From Zootoca vivipara (Eukaryota): a stretch of DNA of 64,000 bases. The notes under the pieces were generated by a model, which saw nothing but the letters and a program-made list of their open reading frames with translations, was not told where the DNA came from and did no database searches. Shown in pieces: positions 1 to 11,800 of the stretch. The stretch covers positions 6,572,001 to 6,636,000 of the forward strand of contig NC_083277.1 of the NCBI RefSeq assembly GCF_963506605.1, given 5' to 3'. Made by a program: the position numbers and the translations under genes. Each line of letters opens with the position of its first letter. Within the stretch, counting starts at the first letter, position 1.

Positions 1-750
1 GGTGTTTCTGTTAATTGCTCACAGGCGTGGGCTCTGCTCCTTGTATATAAGGCTCTGCCAGAAAGCCTTCTGTATCTCTTACTTAGATCTTTCAGTTTGA
101 TTCATCTCTAAGTAGATCACTCTCTCAGTTGTTCTCAGTTTAAGAGATTCCTTAGTTGAATCTTAGTATGATTGCTTAGTTATAATGCTAGAATGCTGTT
201 AATTCTCGGGTAGTTTTAATGGGAGGTTTGTGGGAGGTTTTGAATGTGGGTAGATAACATTGCTAAGAGAGAAAGCATTTATCTTTAGTTTAAAGTCTCT
301 TTAGAGCCAGTTTGTTTTTCAGTTAAAGAAACCCAACAGTTTGTATTTTCTTCTGTATGCTTCTACAAGCGTACAGCTAGTAAGGGGTTTCATATAAGGG
401 AGATAATACCCTACGCTCTTGGTGGTGTTTTCTTAGCCAGGTCAGCTTCTGACTGCGTATACTCTGCGTGAAGCGTACTCAAAAGGGCCACTGTAAACTG
501 GGATATATGATTTAGATTAAGCAAGTTTCAATACCCAGTTTTCTCCAATATTATTCTTATCATATATATATTATTATCCAATAGAGAGAGGGTTAACAGA
601 TTCACAGTCGCTCGCCCTCCCCAAGGTGAGAAGAGCTCAGAAAGTATCAGAGCAGAAAGCACAGAGGGTACAAGCTCAGATTACAAGACTAGGAGCAACG
701 TAGATTAATAGGGATGGAGGGTGTGTGAGCCTTAATTGGGCGTACCACAA
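1..750. mobile_element. Possible LTR (partial, cut by window edge)
   Basis: TATA-like tatataa near 44, non-coding, ends in ...accaca at 750 (TG..CA style terminus). No second LTR or TSD visible. Confidence 0.3.
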
Positions 751-1083
751 TTTCTAGGATATGTGTTCTTTCTTCTCTCACTGTGGTTATTAAAGAATCG
801 AACTGGTAAGACGTTCCTTTCATTTGATCTTCTTATTTACTACCGCAGGGGAGAAAGCCGATTCCCCAAAGCCTGACCCCTTTGCTTCATCAAAAACCCG
901 GCGAAGCTGTACAAAAGGAAGCAGATGAGCCCATGCCCCGTGTGTGGGAAGGTCTTTGCCACCCAGTCAAGCATCAAACAATGCTCCAACACTATTGAGC
1001 TACATCAGAATATTGGGGTTCGACGCATACAAAAAAAGTACTGAATTTCAAAACGGGCCTTATGATCCAACAGGGAGCCTTAC

Positions 1084-1210
1084 CCAGAGAGGCCACGATG
1101 CCTCCATTTTCCTCCATGACTTCCTTGTGCAGAGCTCTCTGGTCAGGATCCAACACAGCCCACTCTTCTGCTGTGAAACATACGGCCACATCCTCAAAGG
1201 ACACTGGACC
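1084..1210 (-). CDS. ZNF gene A, KRAB-A exon ([42 protein letters not shown])
   Basis: 127-bp exon with AG/GT ends and KRAB-A consensus; same length as the KRAB exons of B and C. The ZnF exon would lie left of the window. Confidence 0.88.
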
Positions 1211-1279
1211 CTAAAAGGAAAAATGAAACAGTGCATCCTTACATATAATATACAGATGAGCTACTAGGATAGTTTAAGG

Positions 1280-1415
1280 CAGGCATCCCCAAACTGCGGC
1301 CCTCCAGATGTTTTGGCCTACAACTACCATGATCCCTAGCTAACAGGACCAGCGGTCGGGGAAGATGGGAATTGTAGTCCAAAACATCTGGAGGGCCAAA
1401 GTTTGGGGATGCCTG
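1280..1415. mobile_element. Short hAT-type MITE (family also at 21782-21916, 45684-45811, 45969-46104, 46905-47040)
   Basis: TIR caggcatcccc...ggggatgcctg, 8-bp TSD gtttaagg; palindromic body. Confidence 0.85.
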
Positions 1416-1630
1416 GTTTAAGGTGACCATGCTCATTATTCCCAGAATTTAGTGGCCTTCTAGAGGAGAGAGAATTGTTTCAGCCAAGGGAGGTGAGCTG
1501 GGGATTGGGGCATCTAGATTGCTCCCAGCCTGTCTCCCAAGTGATCTGTCTGCCTACTTAAAGGGTAGGTGCCCTCAGGCTTGGGGTCCAGGAGTGCCCC
1601 CCCACCCAGGCCTCAATAGGTGGAATTGCC

Positions 1631-1975
1631 TGTCATGGACTGGTTGGAGGAACCGGGTGGGGAATCCTCAAGGGAAGAAGGCTCAGAGTCTGGGCAGTGG
1701 TATCAGGGCTTAGTGAGCAGGGAGAGTCTGTGGCAGAGAGCAGTTCAGAATCAGAGGCAGAAGTTGAAGTGGGTGGTGGGTGGGAGGAGAGGCAAAGAGG
1801 CAAAGATGAGAGGCTGGTGAAGAGGCACAGGTGTCTCCCCCTCTTGCTGAGACAAGCTCTCATTCTGCCTTGTCTCTCAGGACCAGAAGAGGCATGAAAA
1901 AGGTGGAGGAGAGGTTGACGACATGCAGGCGCAGTCTCCGATTACTTGGGAAAAGCCCTGGAACGGAGAGGGTTG
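1631..1975 (+). mobile_element. Probable truncated LTR-retrotransposon LTR fragment
   Basis: Starts tgtcatgg, purine-rich body, absent from the paralogous intron of gene B. No 3' terminus or TSD found. Confidence 0.35.
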
Positions 1976-2137
1976 AAGGGGAAATGGCAGAAACACAACG
2001 CTGTTCGAGACAGTATGATTTTTGTATTATGATGAAGCTTGGGGAGGAGCAATGGAGAACTTACGAAACAACAATGGAAAACTAGCTCCACCCAAGGCAG
2101 GATGGCGAACAGCAACAACATAGACACAATTTAGTGT

Positions 2138-2321
2138 CTGTTCGGCAGTGGAATTTGCTGCCAAGGAGTGTGGTGGAGTCTCCTTCTTTGGAGGTTTTTA
2201 AGCAGAGGCTTGACAGCCATCTGTCAGGAATGCTTTGATGGTGTTTCCTGCTTGGCAGGGGGTTGGACTGGATGGCCCTTGTGGTCTCTTCCAACTCTAT
2301 GATTCTATGATTCTATGATTC
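2138..2321 (+). mobile_element. CR1 LINE 3' end
   Basis: End of ORF2 ([22 protein letters not shown]), 3'UTR and (attctatg)n tail. Confidence 0.9.
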
Positions 2322-2798
2322 TAGTACAAAGACATGAAGAAAACACTCTGGACAAAATAAATGTCACACACAAGAAGAATAAACACAGTTTGAATGCTTC
2401 ACTTGTAGGGTTGTAAATAATAAAATGCGTTAATGTGAATGGAAGTCATTAAAACTGCCACTTCAGTATAAGGGTTTGTTATTTTGACTGGTGTATAATT
2501 GAAATTTATAAGATTATGGAATGCAGAAATTATGTAAAACATCAAACCTTTAACTCTAGCATTAACTCTACAAAAGCATTTTTGGCCAATGTAAGAGCAA
2601 AGGGAACTAGAGCGCAAATCTCACAAATGAAATTTGTGTCCCCTCCAAAATAGATACCGTTGGGGTCAGTGTTTGGAAAGTTCTTATTGAGAAGAAGTTG
2701 GTTCCAGTTCATTACCTCCAAAAAGCAACTATTTCCATGGAAGTTCAATTCACAACATGGAGAGAGCCCAAACTGAGATACATCGCACTGATCCTCAC

Positions 2799-2880
2799 CC
2801 AGTGGCTTCTGTCTGGGGTCTGACGGAGTCCTCTCTGCCACAGGGGAATCATCTCCCATTTCAGCAAACAGACCCTTTAC
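2799..2880 (-). CDS. ZNF gene A, linker exon 2
   Basis: 82-bp AG/GT exon (VKGLFAEMGDDSPVAERTPSDPRQKPL), homologous and equal in length to 14487-14568 and 31215-31296. Confidence 0.75.
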
Positions 2881-3175
2881 CTGAAACAGCCATAACAGCA
2901 ATAAGGATAGAAGACATTAAATGGGGAGAAATGACACAGCCGATAACCTTGATGGTTTCTAAATTTGGCCAGGGAGTACAGAATTTTGCACCCCCACTCT
3001 GACCCACTTGGGACGATCTAACAATGCTTAGCTATTTTTGTCATTGTTCATATTGTTTTATTGATTCTAAATGCTGTATTAATCTGTTAATCATATAATA
3101 TGACATTTGCTAAAATTGTGATGCTCAACTATCAGCTTAATTTTTCGTGGTTGATTTGCTACTAGTTGTTGTGTA

Positions 3176-3519
3176 CAGGTGAAACTCAGAAAATTAGAAT
3201 ATCGTCGAAGAGTGCATTTATTTCAGTCATGCAACTTAAAAGGTGATAGATGCATGACATGCAAAGCAAGATATGTCAAGCCTTTATTTGTTTTAATTGT
3301 AATTATTTGTCGTTAGGCGGGTCAATTAAAAATGGAATGTAATTAATGAAATGTAATAGCGATGTCTATTTTTGTATTATTGTAACTATTTGTTTTATTA
3401 CTGTGGAATTTGCAAAAGAAAGCATTTGTAAAAATTAAAATAAAAATAAAAAATAATAAGTTGCATTACTGAAATAAATGCACTTTTCGACGATATTCTA
3501 ATTTTCCGAGTTTCACCTG
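3176..3519. mobile_element. Tc1/mariner-type MITE (also 26777-27135, 34377-34741)
   Basis: Long TIRs caggtgaaactc..aaattagaatatcgtcgaa, TA flanks, three copies in window. Confidence 0.85.
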
Positions 3520-3572
3520 TAGATTGCAATTGTTTTACTGATGATCTGCTAATTATTTTACATGATGTACAC

Positions 3573-3987
3573 CAGGGGTCCCCAGAGTTACCGCGCGGCA
3601 GGCCGGTGCCCGCCGCGCCGACTGCGCGGCGGGCCGGAGGGCAGGGGAGTGCGCGCGCAGCGGGCCGGAGGGCGGGGGAGTGCGCGCCCGTGCGCATGCG
3701 CACACGCACACGGGCGGGGAAAAAATCGCCGAAAATCGCTTGTGCGCATGCGTATGGGCCTCCCCCGACCCGGAAGTGCACCAGAAATGACCTCTTCCAG
3801 GTCGGGAGAGGCCCATACGCATGCGCACAAAGGATTTTCGGCGATTTTTTGCCGATTTTTTAGATCGTCGCTGCGCCGCGCGCCGTGAGAGCGGGCGGCG
3901 GCAGCGGGCGGCGGGGGTCGTCGCGGGCCGGATTGGAAGGCCGATTGGGCCGCATCCGGCCCGGGGGCCGTAGTTAGGGGACCCCTG
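3573..3987. mobile_element. GC/CpG-rich non-autonomous hAT element
   Basis: TIR caggggtcccc...ggggacccctg, perfect 8-bp TSD atgtacac, internal inverted repeats; second copy at 16551-16954. Confidence 0.9.
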
Positions 3988-4290
3988 ATGTACACTGTGT
4001 TTGTGATGTTCCATTACGTTTTTATTATGTTACTGTTATTTATTGTTTGTAAGCTGCTTTGAGACTCATTTGAATGAAAAGTGACAGAGACAAACAACAT
4101 ATCAAATCAAATTAAAATTCATAGAAATACAATTAATCAAATCAAAATCAGGGACAGTCAAAGCTGTGCCTTCCAGATGTTGTTGAACCCCAGCTGCCAT
4201 CAGCCAATGCTCAGAGATTATGGATTTAGTCCAACAACAACTTCTGGAAGCTCATGTTTGTTATGTTTAATGTAGATGAAACATTCTCAC

Positions 4291-4704
4291 CTGCTGCTTT
4301 TCCTGCTTCTGATCCTCTGCCCAACTCAGGAGGAAACCTTCAGCCAGGGCCACCGCCTGGGAACTGGTCTCTGCTCCACATTCCCTCACCCAGTTCTCCA
4401 TCTCCGGAGGGAGGACAGCCAGGAACTGCTCCAGGATCACCAGGTCCAAGATCTGGGTCTTGGTGTGTGTCTCCGGCTTCAGCCACTGACGGCAAAGGCG
4501 GTGGAGTCGGCTGCAAACTTCCCGTGGTCCCTTGGCCTCCTGGTACTGGAAGTGCCTAAATTGTTGGCAGTGCACATCTGGGCCATGGGCGTTCTCCCTC
4601 AATGTCTTGTGTCTGCTTCTGACCCAAATTTCCCCAGAGCTCTCCGTCATGATGCTCTTGGGCTGTCTTCCTGCTTTGAGGGCGGCAGAGTCTTGTTCTT
4701 CCAC
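4291..4704 (-). CDS. ZNF gene A, SCAN-domain exon (ancestral ATG changed to GTG; next in-frame ATG at 4650)
   Basis: [77 protein letters not shown] matches SCAN; donor CAG|GTGAG at 4291; 414 bp like gene B. May be a pseudogene. Confidence 0.85.
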
Positions 4705-6112
4705 CTCTCATCTGCAGAAAAACATTCTCTGATGAAACCGCCCCCCCCCCATTTGGGATCTGGTTTACTGCTTCTTCATATGAAGGGTCTATTGCTCATG
4801 TTCCTCTACCCACTTGCAGGGATCCCCCAAAATCTCCCTTAGGTTGTGAGCTCTCCTTCCTTGGAGGTTTTTAAGCAGAGGTTGGACAGCCATCTGTCAT
4901 GGATGCTTTAGCTGAGATGCCTGCATTGCAGGGGGTTGGACTAGATGACCCTCGGGTCCATTCCAGCTCTATGATTCTATGATCTATCTCATGCCTCCTC
5001 TTCCTTTCTGTATCCATAGTCTTTTACACAGACTCATCAGCCAGAGAGCAACATACCACATCGCTGCCCAGCTTTCTCCCATTGCTATATTCAGGCATCC
5101 CTTAAAAAGGACAGTTTTCATCTACACTAGTGGCCAAGATTGTGGAAACCATTTGGAAAAAGTGTGTTTCTGAGGTTTGACAGCTCATAACACCACTTTT
5201 CTTTTGAGTAATACCATAAACCTATAGATCAATGGAAATATCATTTAATGAAGAATGTAATGCAACGAAGTTTGTTCAATTATCTGTATTCTATCAAAAG
5301 TTATAGCCAAATGACCAGAAAAAGGAAACTCAACTTGCTTAGGTTGATATGCAGTCGCTTTCCTTCATTTGAATGAAGCCAGTGAGTGTTTAGAGAGCCA
5401 ATCGGGTGTTATGAGCCATCAAACCTGTGAAATACACTTTTAACAAAAGGTTTTCATGAGTTTGGCAGCTACTGTATGCTTTTTAAAGCTCGGCTTTAAC
5501 TCTGTAAGACCTCAGTCTGCAGAGGCTGCAGTGGATCTCCAATTGTGCCCCACTTCTGACTCTCGGAGGCAGTGGGCAGGATGTCGGCCCAATCATTTTC
5601 TACCACCTTGAGGCTGGCATAGCCCAAAGCACACTTTTGCCTCTCTGCCCCTTCCATCCCTGCTAGTGTGAGGAACAAGGCTACAAATGTGGCAGTGGCA
5701 GCCACGCTTCTCTTTTGCACCCGTGCCGGGTCCAATTGCCTCGCTCTTGTTCATTATTCACCTTCAATTTATTCATGTTTATTTTATTTTTTTTAATTAT
5801 TTGCTTTTTCAGATTAAAATTTTACAGTCACAAATCCAACATAAAAACAAGATTCCAAGGAATCTCTTGGCCTCCCCTCCTCCCCTTTGTGGGTCCTATT
5901 GCTAATCATTTCCTTCTGCATCTTTTGTGATAATCCAAAATCTTTTACCTCTCCATTTTTTGTATTTGGGTTCTTGCGTAATCAACTCCTCCGACGAAAA
6001 GGCTGCCAGTTTTTAGCAGTGTTTTGAAGATCCCCTCACATCCAAATGCGCACATGTGCTTACAAAGCCGGGAAGCCTATCTGGCAAACAGGGAATTAAG
6101 AACCATCAGCCT

Positions 6113-6260
6113 GGATAGCAAAGTTGGTGAGAGTGTGGTGCTGATAACGCCAAGGATGCGGGTTCGATCCCCATATGAGAGAGCAGCATATCCCTGCATT
6201 AAACAGGGTTGGACTAGATGCTCCTCAGAGTTCCCTTCCGACTCTACAATTCTGTGATTG
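6113..6260 (+). mobile_element. tRNA-derived SINE with CR1-like 3' tail (related copies ~16458-16995, 18066-18198, 6562-6680)
   Basis: A/B-box tRNA-like head (gggttcgatcccc) fused to the CR1-type tail gggttggactagatg...ccttcc.actcta. Confidence 0.7.
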
Positions 6261-6310
6261 TATTACAATCTGCTCTCATTGAGCAACTCTGCCCCACAGA
6301 CCCGGTAGAG

Positions 6311-6561
6311 CAGGGTCTCCAAACTAAGGCCCGGGGGCCAGATGCGGCCCAATCACCTTCTAAATCCGGCCCGTGGACGATCCGGGAATCAGCATGTTTT
6401 TACATGAGTAGAATGTGTCCTTTTATTTAAAATGCATCTCTGGGTTATTTGTGGGGCATAGGATTTCGTTCATTATTATTTTTCCAAAATATAGTCCGGC
6501 CCCCCACAAGGTCTGAGGGACAGTGGACTGGCCCCCTGCTGAAAAAGTTTGCTAACCCCTG
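6311..6561. mobile_element. hAT MITE (also 19631-19891, ~43776-43993)
   Basis: caggg...cccctg termini, perfect 8-bp TSD cggtagag. Confidence 0.85.
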
Positions 6562-6739
6562 CGGTAGAGCAAGAGACTCTAAATATCAGGGTTCCAGCCC
6601 CCACCTTGCACAAAAAGATACCTGCATTGCAGGGGGGTTGGGACAGATGATCTTCAGGGCCCCTTCCAACTCTGCAATTTTGTGGTGGTATCTTAGATCG
6701 GGGACCTCTTGCCTATACAGATGGGGAAGAGAGAAACGA

Positions 6740-7180
6740 ACAACCCCTCTCCCTATTGGTTTCCTGTGGTGGTTCTCCTGGTCTGCATCTCCCACGCGAC
6801 GCCCCCTCCTTTCCACCAAACGCACCCAAAAGAGGTTGCAGAATCTCACCGGGTTGCAGGAGGAGCCGCAGAAGCAGCGCGCGGTGGGGAAAAGCAGAGG
6901 CTGAGGCTTCTTCATTTGCAAAGCGGGGAGCTGCTTCTGCTCTGGAGGAAGCCCCCCCCCCACTTCATTCCACCCCTAATTTCCTTCTTCTCTAGGAATC
7001 CGGTTCTTTTTTTAACCCTTGCAAGGCCTGAGCACGAGCATTGCCGCTCTGTGCCAAAGAGGAAACGTGCGCTCTGCGTGCACACAGGTGGGAATCTGGG
7101 CATCTCCTGGCTCGGTGGAGGAGGGAGAGACTCGCCGGTACTTCGGGTTCCCAAGCGAACGTGGCCGGGGGGGGGGGAAA
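6740..7180 (-). promoter_or_regulatory. Putative CpG-rich promoter / non-coding first exon of gene A
   Basis: CpG-enriched; minus-strand donor CG|GTGAG at 6850; homologous blocks upstream of B (18230-18620) and D (52760-52950). Confidence 0.55.
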
Positions 7181-7983
7181 TCAGTTGAAAGTAACTTTGA
7201 AAAGGGGGGAAAGGAGGTCTAGTGGCTAGAGCAGCCTTTTCCCATCACTGCGCAGGGTGATTCTCCTGCCCCACACGTGCCAATGCGCCCCTGAGCAAGA
7301 GTGCTGCCTGTCTCTTTTCTTGGCGAGGGGACAGAGGGGGCAAGGAGTTTAATAGAATCAAAGAAACGTAGAGCTGAAAGGGTACCCGAGGGTCATCTAG
7401 TCCAGCCTCCTGCAATGCAAGAGTTAAAGGCAGAAAAAGAGTTAAAGAGGCAAGGACTAGCGGTGGGGGAGAGAAGAGGGGCAGGATTTTTTTTCCAAGC
7501 TGCCCCCTTTGAGAATCCGAAGACTTCTCTGGGATTTTGGAAAGGATCAAAATCAGGGATCAAAACCACCTACCTTTCAGTCTCCTTGTGGCATAGGAGC
7601 TGAGGTATCTCCAGCCCCCCCTAATAAAATATTTTCGGGCAGGGGGCTATTCTAGTGGCTTGAAAAAAGGTGGGGGAACCCTCAGTTAGAGGACTTCGTT
7701 ATCTCTGCTTCCGTTTCTGAGGAAGAAATGGTCCTAAAATTATCTAGGGAAGTACGGTATATTGTGAACTGCTCTAAGGTCTACTGGTATAGAGCGGTAT
7801 ACAAATTTAATAAATAAAAACAGTTTTGGAGCCCCATGACATTCCTCAGTAAGCATCACATCCTTTTTGTTTCTCTAGGGACTGGGCACAGTTGATGAGG
7901 TTTCAGGGAATTTATTTATTTGTTTCACCCCAAAACTTCCCCCCTCAGGTATTGTAAACTTTCCTCACAGGGGAACAACGTAG

Positions 7984-8131
7984 NNNNNNNNNNNNNNNNN
8001 NNNNNNNNNNNNNNNNNNNNNNNNNNNNNNNNNNNNNNNNNNNNNNNNNNNNNNNNNNNNNNNNNNNNNNNNNNNNNNNNNNNNNNNNNNNNNNNNNNNN
8101 NNNNNNNNNNNNNNNNNNNNNNNNNNNNNNN
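7984..8131. other. Assembly gap (148 N)
   Basis: Run of N. Confidence 0.99.
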
Positions 8132-8490
8132 GAATGTTTTCTTTAAAAAATGACTCTGTTAATACCAATACAGACACAGATACCCATATTGTAAGGGGGG
8201 GCAGGTCTGTGGCTGGGTTACACCAGCCCTGCAAAGTTGTCCAGCAGTATTAGACCCATTTTGCAGAAGAAAGGGTGAGGGAGGTAGTCTAGGAGCCACT
8301 TTAAGCTATTACAGTATTGAATTAAATGTGTGTTTTCAAATAAATGCAGCGGGGAGGAGACTGCAAAGTTTATTATAGCAGCGACGTATAGTGAAACGAT
8401 GAAATCCACTCCCACAAGATACAGATAATCTCTTGACCTGAACAGAACCCCCTACTCTCTCGCTCCCCATTTTCATGTATGGATGTAGAA

Positions 8491-9549
8491 CAGTGGTTTT
8501 CAACCAGGGTGCTGTGGCACCCTGGGGTGCCTTGAAGGATGGTCAAGGGTGCTGCGGGCAACACTGGCCTCTGTCCCTCTTTCCTTCCCTCCCTCCTCTG
8601 AAGAGTTTGGCTTTGATATCCCGCTTTATCACTACCCGAAGGAGTCTCAAAGCGGCTAACATTCTCCTTTCCCTTCCTCCCCCACAACAAACACTCTGTG
8701 CGGTGAGTGAGGTTGAGAGACTTCAAAGAAGTGTGACTAGCCCAAGGTCACCCAGCAGCTGCATGTGGAGGAGCAGGTAAGCGAACCCGGTTCTCCAGAT
8801 TACGAGTCTACTGCTCTTAACCACTACACCACACTGGCTCTCTGATGCCCTCTTGCATCTCTGCCTCCCAAAGGCTTGCACAACTGCTTGTGGCAGCATC
8901 CCTGGCTACATGCTCCCCAGGTGAATGGTGCCTCTGGGGCTGGCCAGGGAGTGCTGGTTGCCAGGAACTGAGGCAGCCTCAGAGTAAGCAAGCAAGCGGG
9001 CGAGGGAGCCCTGCCAGCCAGTTTGCCAGCCCTTGCTTTTGGGAATGGACAGAGAAGTGGGAGGCCAGGCAGGCAGGCTCTGTGCTGGCCTTCCTTGTGC
9101 TTGCTGTGTACAATTCCTGCTTGGGAGCTTAGTGCCCGGTGCTGAAGGGGAGCCTTTGTGCCATACAGGCCTGGCAATGCCCGCTGCTTCCACCCAAGGC
9201 GCTGGCCTCACATTCACTCTGGTTAGTCTCTGTTGGGTCACTAAGGCTGGGGGCATCCTTTTTACAGGATCCTGTGGGGCAGTGTGAGGAGGCACCTCTC
9301 TTTGGGGCAGGGGGGCAGCTCAGGGACTGGGGCAGCAGCAGCGGCTGCCCAGAGCACTCCCAAGGAGAGGGGAGAGGAGAGGAGGCTGTGGGAACCCTCC
9401 GCAAGGGAGGGTGTTCAGAAATGGGTGAGGGGCTGCCGGCTCTGCAGATAAGGGGTGGCATAACTGGGCTCCTGAGCCCCACAGGGGAGCTGCAGAAAGG
9501 ATGTAGTTACTCAAGGGAGCCGTGGACCCAAAAAGGTCAAAAACCTCTG
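8491..9549. mobile_element. Old non-autonomous hAT-like element with a nested SINE; internally deleted relative at 58460-58843
   Basis: Termini cagtggttttcaacc...ggtcaaaaacctctg, degenerate 8-bp TSD atgtagaa/atgtacat; absent from the paralogous region near 19960. Confidence 0.65.
8601..8840 (-). mobile_element. CORE/MIR-like squamate SINE (Squam3-like; also 29072-29309)
   Basis: Minus-strand tRNA-like head ccagtgtggtgtagtggttaagagc, CORE gggtgaccttgggctagtcac; two near-identical copies. Confidence 0.8.
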
Positions 9550-10006
9550 ATGTACATCAGTTGCGCAGAGGAAACTATCCAACAAATCACGTGTTAATAC
9601 AGAGATCAGTTGCAGGCATTAGGTCGTAAGCTTGTTCAATGTCTCGGGAGATTGTCCACAGTGGTTTGGGTCCTTCAAAATCAAGGTAACTGGAGACGAC
9701 AGTGCATTTCGGATATGTTTTATTTACACATATATGCTGAATATAAGACGGTGAGGACTCACAGCATTCACACAAATCTCACTCTCTTGTTCTGTGTCTG
9801 GGGAGAGGCATAGATCCACAGCATTGGGCTCAACACGGAGAGCAAGTCATGCTTTCCCCCCTCCCAACTCCATCACAAGAAAAGGCAGCACTTTCCCTTA
9901 CCTGCATATACCGTTCCTTTCATTTCTCCTTGCTGTTGATTTCTCTTTGATGCTTTCATCTTTCAAAAATGGAAATGCCCCCACTGGTCTTCTGCTAATG
10001 TATTTA

Positions 10007-10540
10007 CCGTGGTACCTTGGCTTAAGAACAGCTTAGTTTATGCACAACATGGATTAAGAACGCTGCAAACTCGGGAGTAGGTGTTTTGGTTTGTGAACTT
10101 TGCCTTGGAAGCAGAACATGTTCCGCTTCCTTTTGAGTGGGTTCCATTTGTAAATTGAGTCCCTTGCTGCTATGGAAAAGCACGCCTTGGTTTAAGAACG
10201 CTTGGTTTAAGAACAAACTTCTGGAACAGATTAAGTTCGTAAACCAAGGTACCACTGTAATATAAATACAGTGGGACCTCAATTTACGAATTTAATCCGT
10301 TCCGAATGCACACTCGTAGGTCGAAAACTTCGTAAGTCGAGTTTCCCATAGGAAAAGGAAAAGCGGTTTCCCATAGGAATGCATTGGAAATGGAAAAATT
10401 CGTAAGTCGAGGAAACCGCATCTAGCCGCGAACGGGTTTTCCGTTTGGATGTTGGAAAAATTGTAAGCGCGTGGCCACTTTTTCCGCTCGTAAGTCGAAA
10501 ACGTCGGATGTCAAGGAGCTCGTAAGTCGAGGTCCAACTG
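10007..10540. mobile_element. Two adjacent Tigger/pogo-type MITEs (10007-10257, 10269-10540; relative at 30112-30334)
   Basis: TA-flanked TIRs c.gtggtacct...aggtaccactg and cagtgggacctc...gaggtccaactg. Confidence 0.7.
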
Positions 10541-10856
10541 TATATCCAAGTGGATTTTTAGATTCTTAGATCCTGCCTGGTCCCCAACATCTTGCCTTCT
10601 GGGGGAAATATATTGTTTCGTCCCTGTGTGAATTCTTTGATGTCAGGTAAGGTTAGTACTGTGCTTGATGCTCTGATCATCTTTGAAGAATGAATTAATG
10701 ATAAAAACAGAAGTTTATCCTTTTTTGGAAGCTCCTCCCAACTTCTGAGGACTTTTATGATTACTCCACAATATGCAATCCAAGCATTTATATGGGTTTT
10801 TCTTGCAGAAAGAAAGCTAGGAACTGCTCCTAAAGCTCCTTTAATATTCCAAGTCT

Positions 10857-11800
10857 TTATATGGGTTCTCCACTGTATGGATTTTTTGGTGGAAATAAAG
10901 GCTGGAGATCTGAAGAAAGCTCTTTGTCCGCACCGAATATCAATTTGTGAGTTCTTCGATGAACATTGCGATGGGAGCTCTGAGTGAAGCCCTTTCCACA
11001 CTCCAGGCATTTATAGGGTTTCTCTCCCGTATGAACGCGTTGATGTGTCGTGAGAGCTGACTTCTCAATGAAGCTTTTTCCGCACTCAGAGCATTTATAG
11101 TTTTTCTCTCCTGTATGAATTCTTTGATGTTTCCTAAGACAATTCTTCTGAGTGTACCTTTTCCCACATTCCGAACATACATGTGGTTTATCCCGGATGT
11201 GCATTTTTTGATGATCAACGAGATCTGCCTCCTGACTGAGGCACTTTCCACATTCCAAGCATTTATATTGTGTCTCTGCAGTGTGTGTTTTCTGGTGGTA
11301 AATTAGACTAGTACGTTGGCTGAAGTTCTTTCCACACTCTAAGCACTTATATGGCTTCTCCCCTGTGTGAATTCTGCGGTGGTAAGTGAGATGGGAGCTT
11401 TGACTGAATCTCTTTCCGCATTGCAGACATTTATACGGTTTCTCCCCGGTGTGAATTCTTTGATGGGAAGTGAGGTTTTTCTTCAAAGTGAAGCTCTTTC
11501 CACATGGTGAGCATTTATACGGTTTCTCACCAGTGTGAATTGCTCGATGGTGCATGAGAGTTATTTTGTGAGTGAAGCTTTTTGCACACTCCAAGCACTG
11601 ATAGGGTTTCTCCCCAGAATGAATTCTTTGATGGGAAGCAAGACTTGTCTTATGCCTTAAGATCTTTCCACACTCCAAACACTGATAGGGTTTCTCCCCT
11701 GTGTGAATTCTTTGATGGTACATGAGAATTATCTTCTGAGCAAAGCTCATTCCACACTCACTGCATTTATATGGTTTCTCTGCGCTGTGGATTCCTTGTG
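10857..11800 (-). CDS. ZNF gene B, terminal exon: 10 C2H2 fingers plus frameshift-derived tail
   Basis: CxxC..H..H repeats with TGEKP linkers; acceptor tgtttcag at 11801 is phase-compatible with the KRAB exon; joined CDS 414+82+83+127+944 = 1650 nt. Confidence 0.9.

Noticed and set aside
3398-4014. Cluster of Arg/Ala/Pro-rich ORFs (also 16471-17039)
   Set aside because: Produced by the stop-poor GC-rich hAT MITE.
6113-6180. tRNA-like sequences (also ~16458, ~18066, ~50310)
   Set aside because: Incomplete cloverleafs running into SINE bodies or CR1 tails; not tRNA genes.
7920-8234. ORFs spanning the N run
   Set aside because: Gap artefacts; the paralogous stretch at ~19424-19485 is non-coding.
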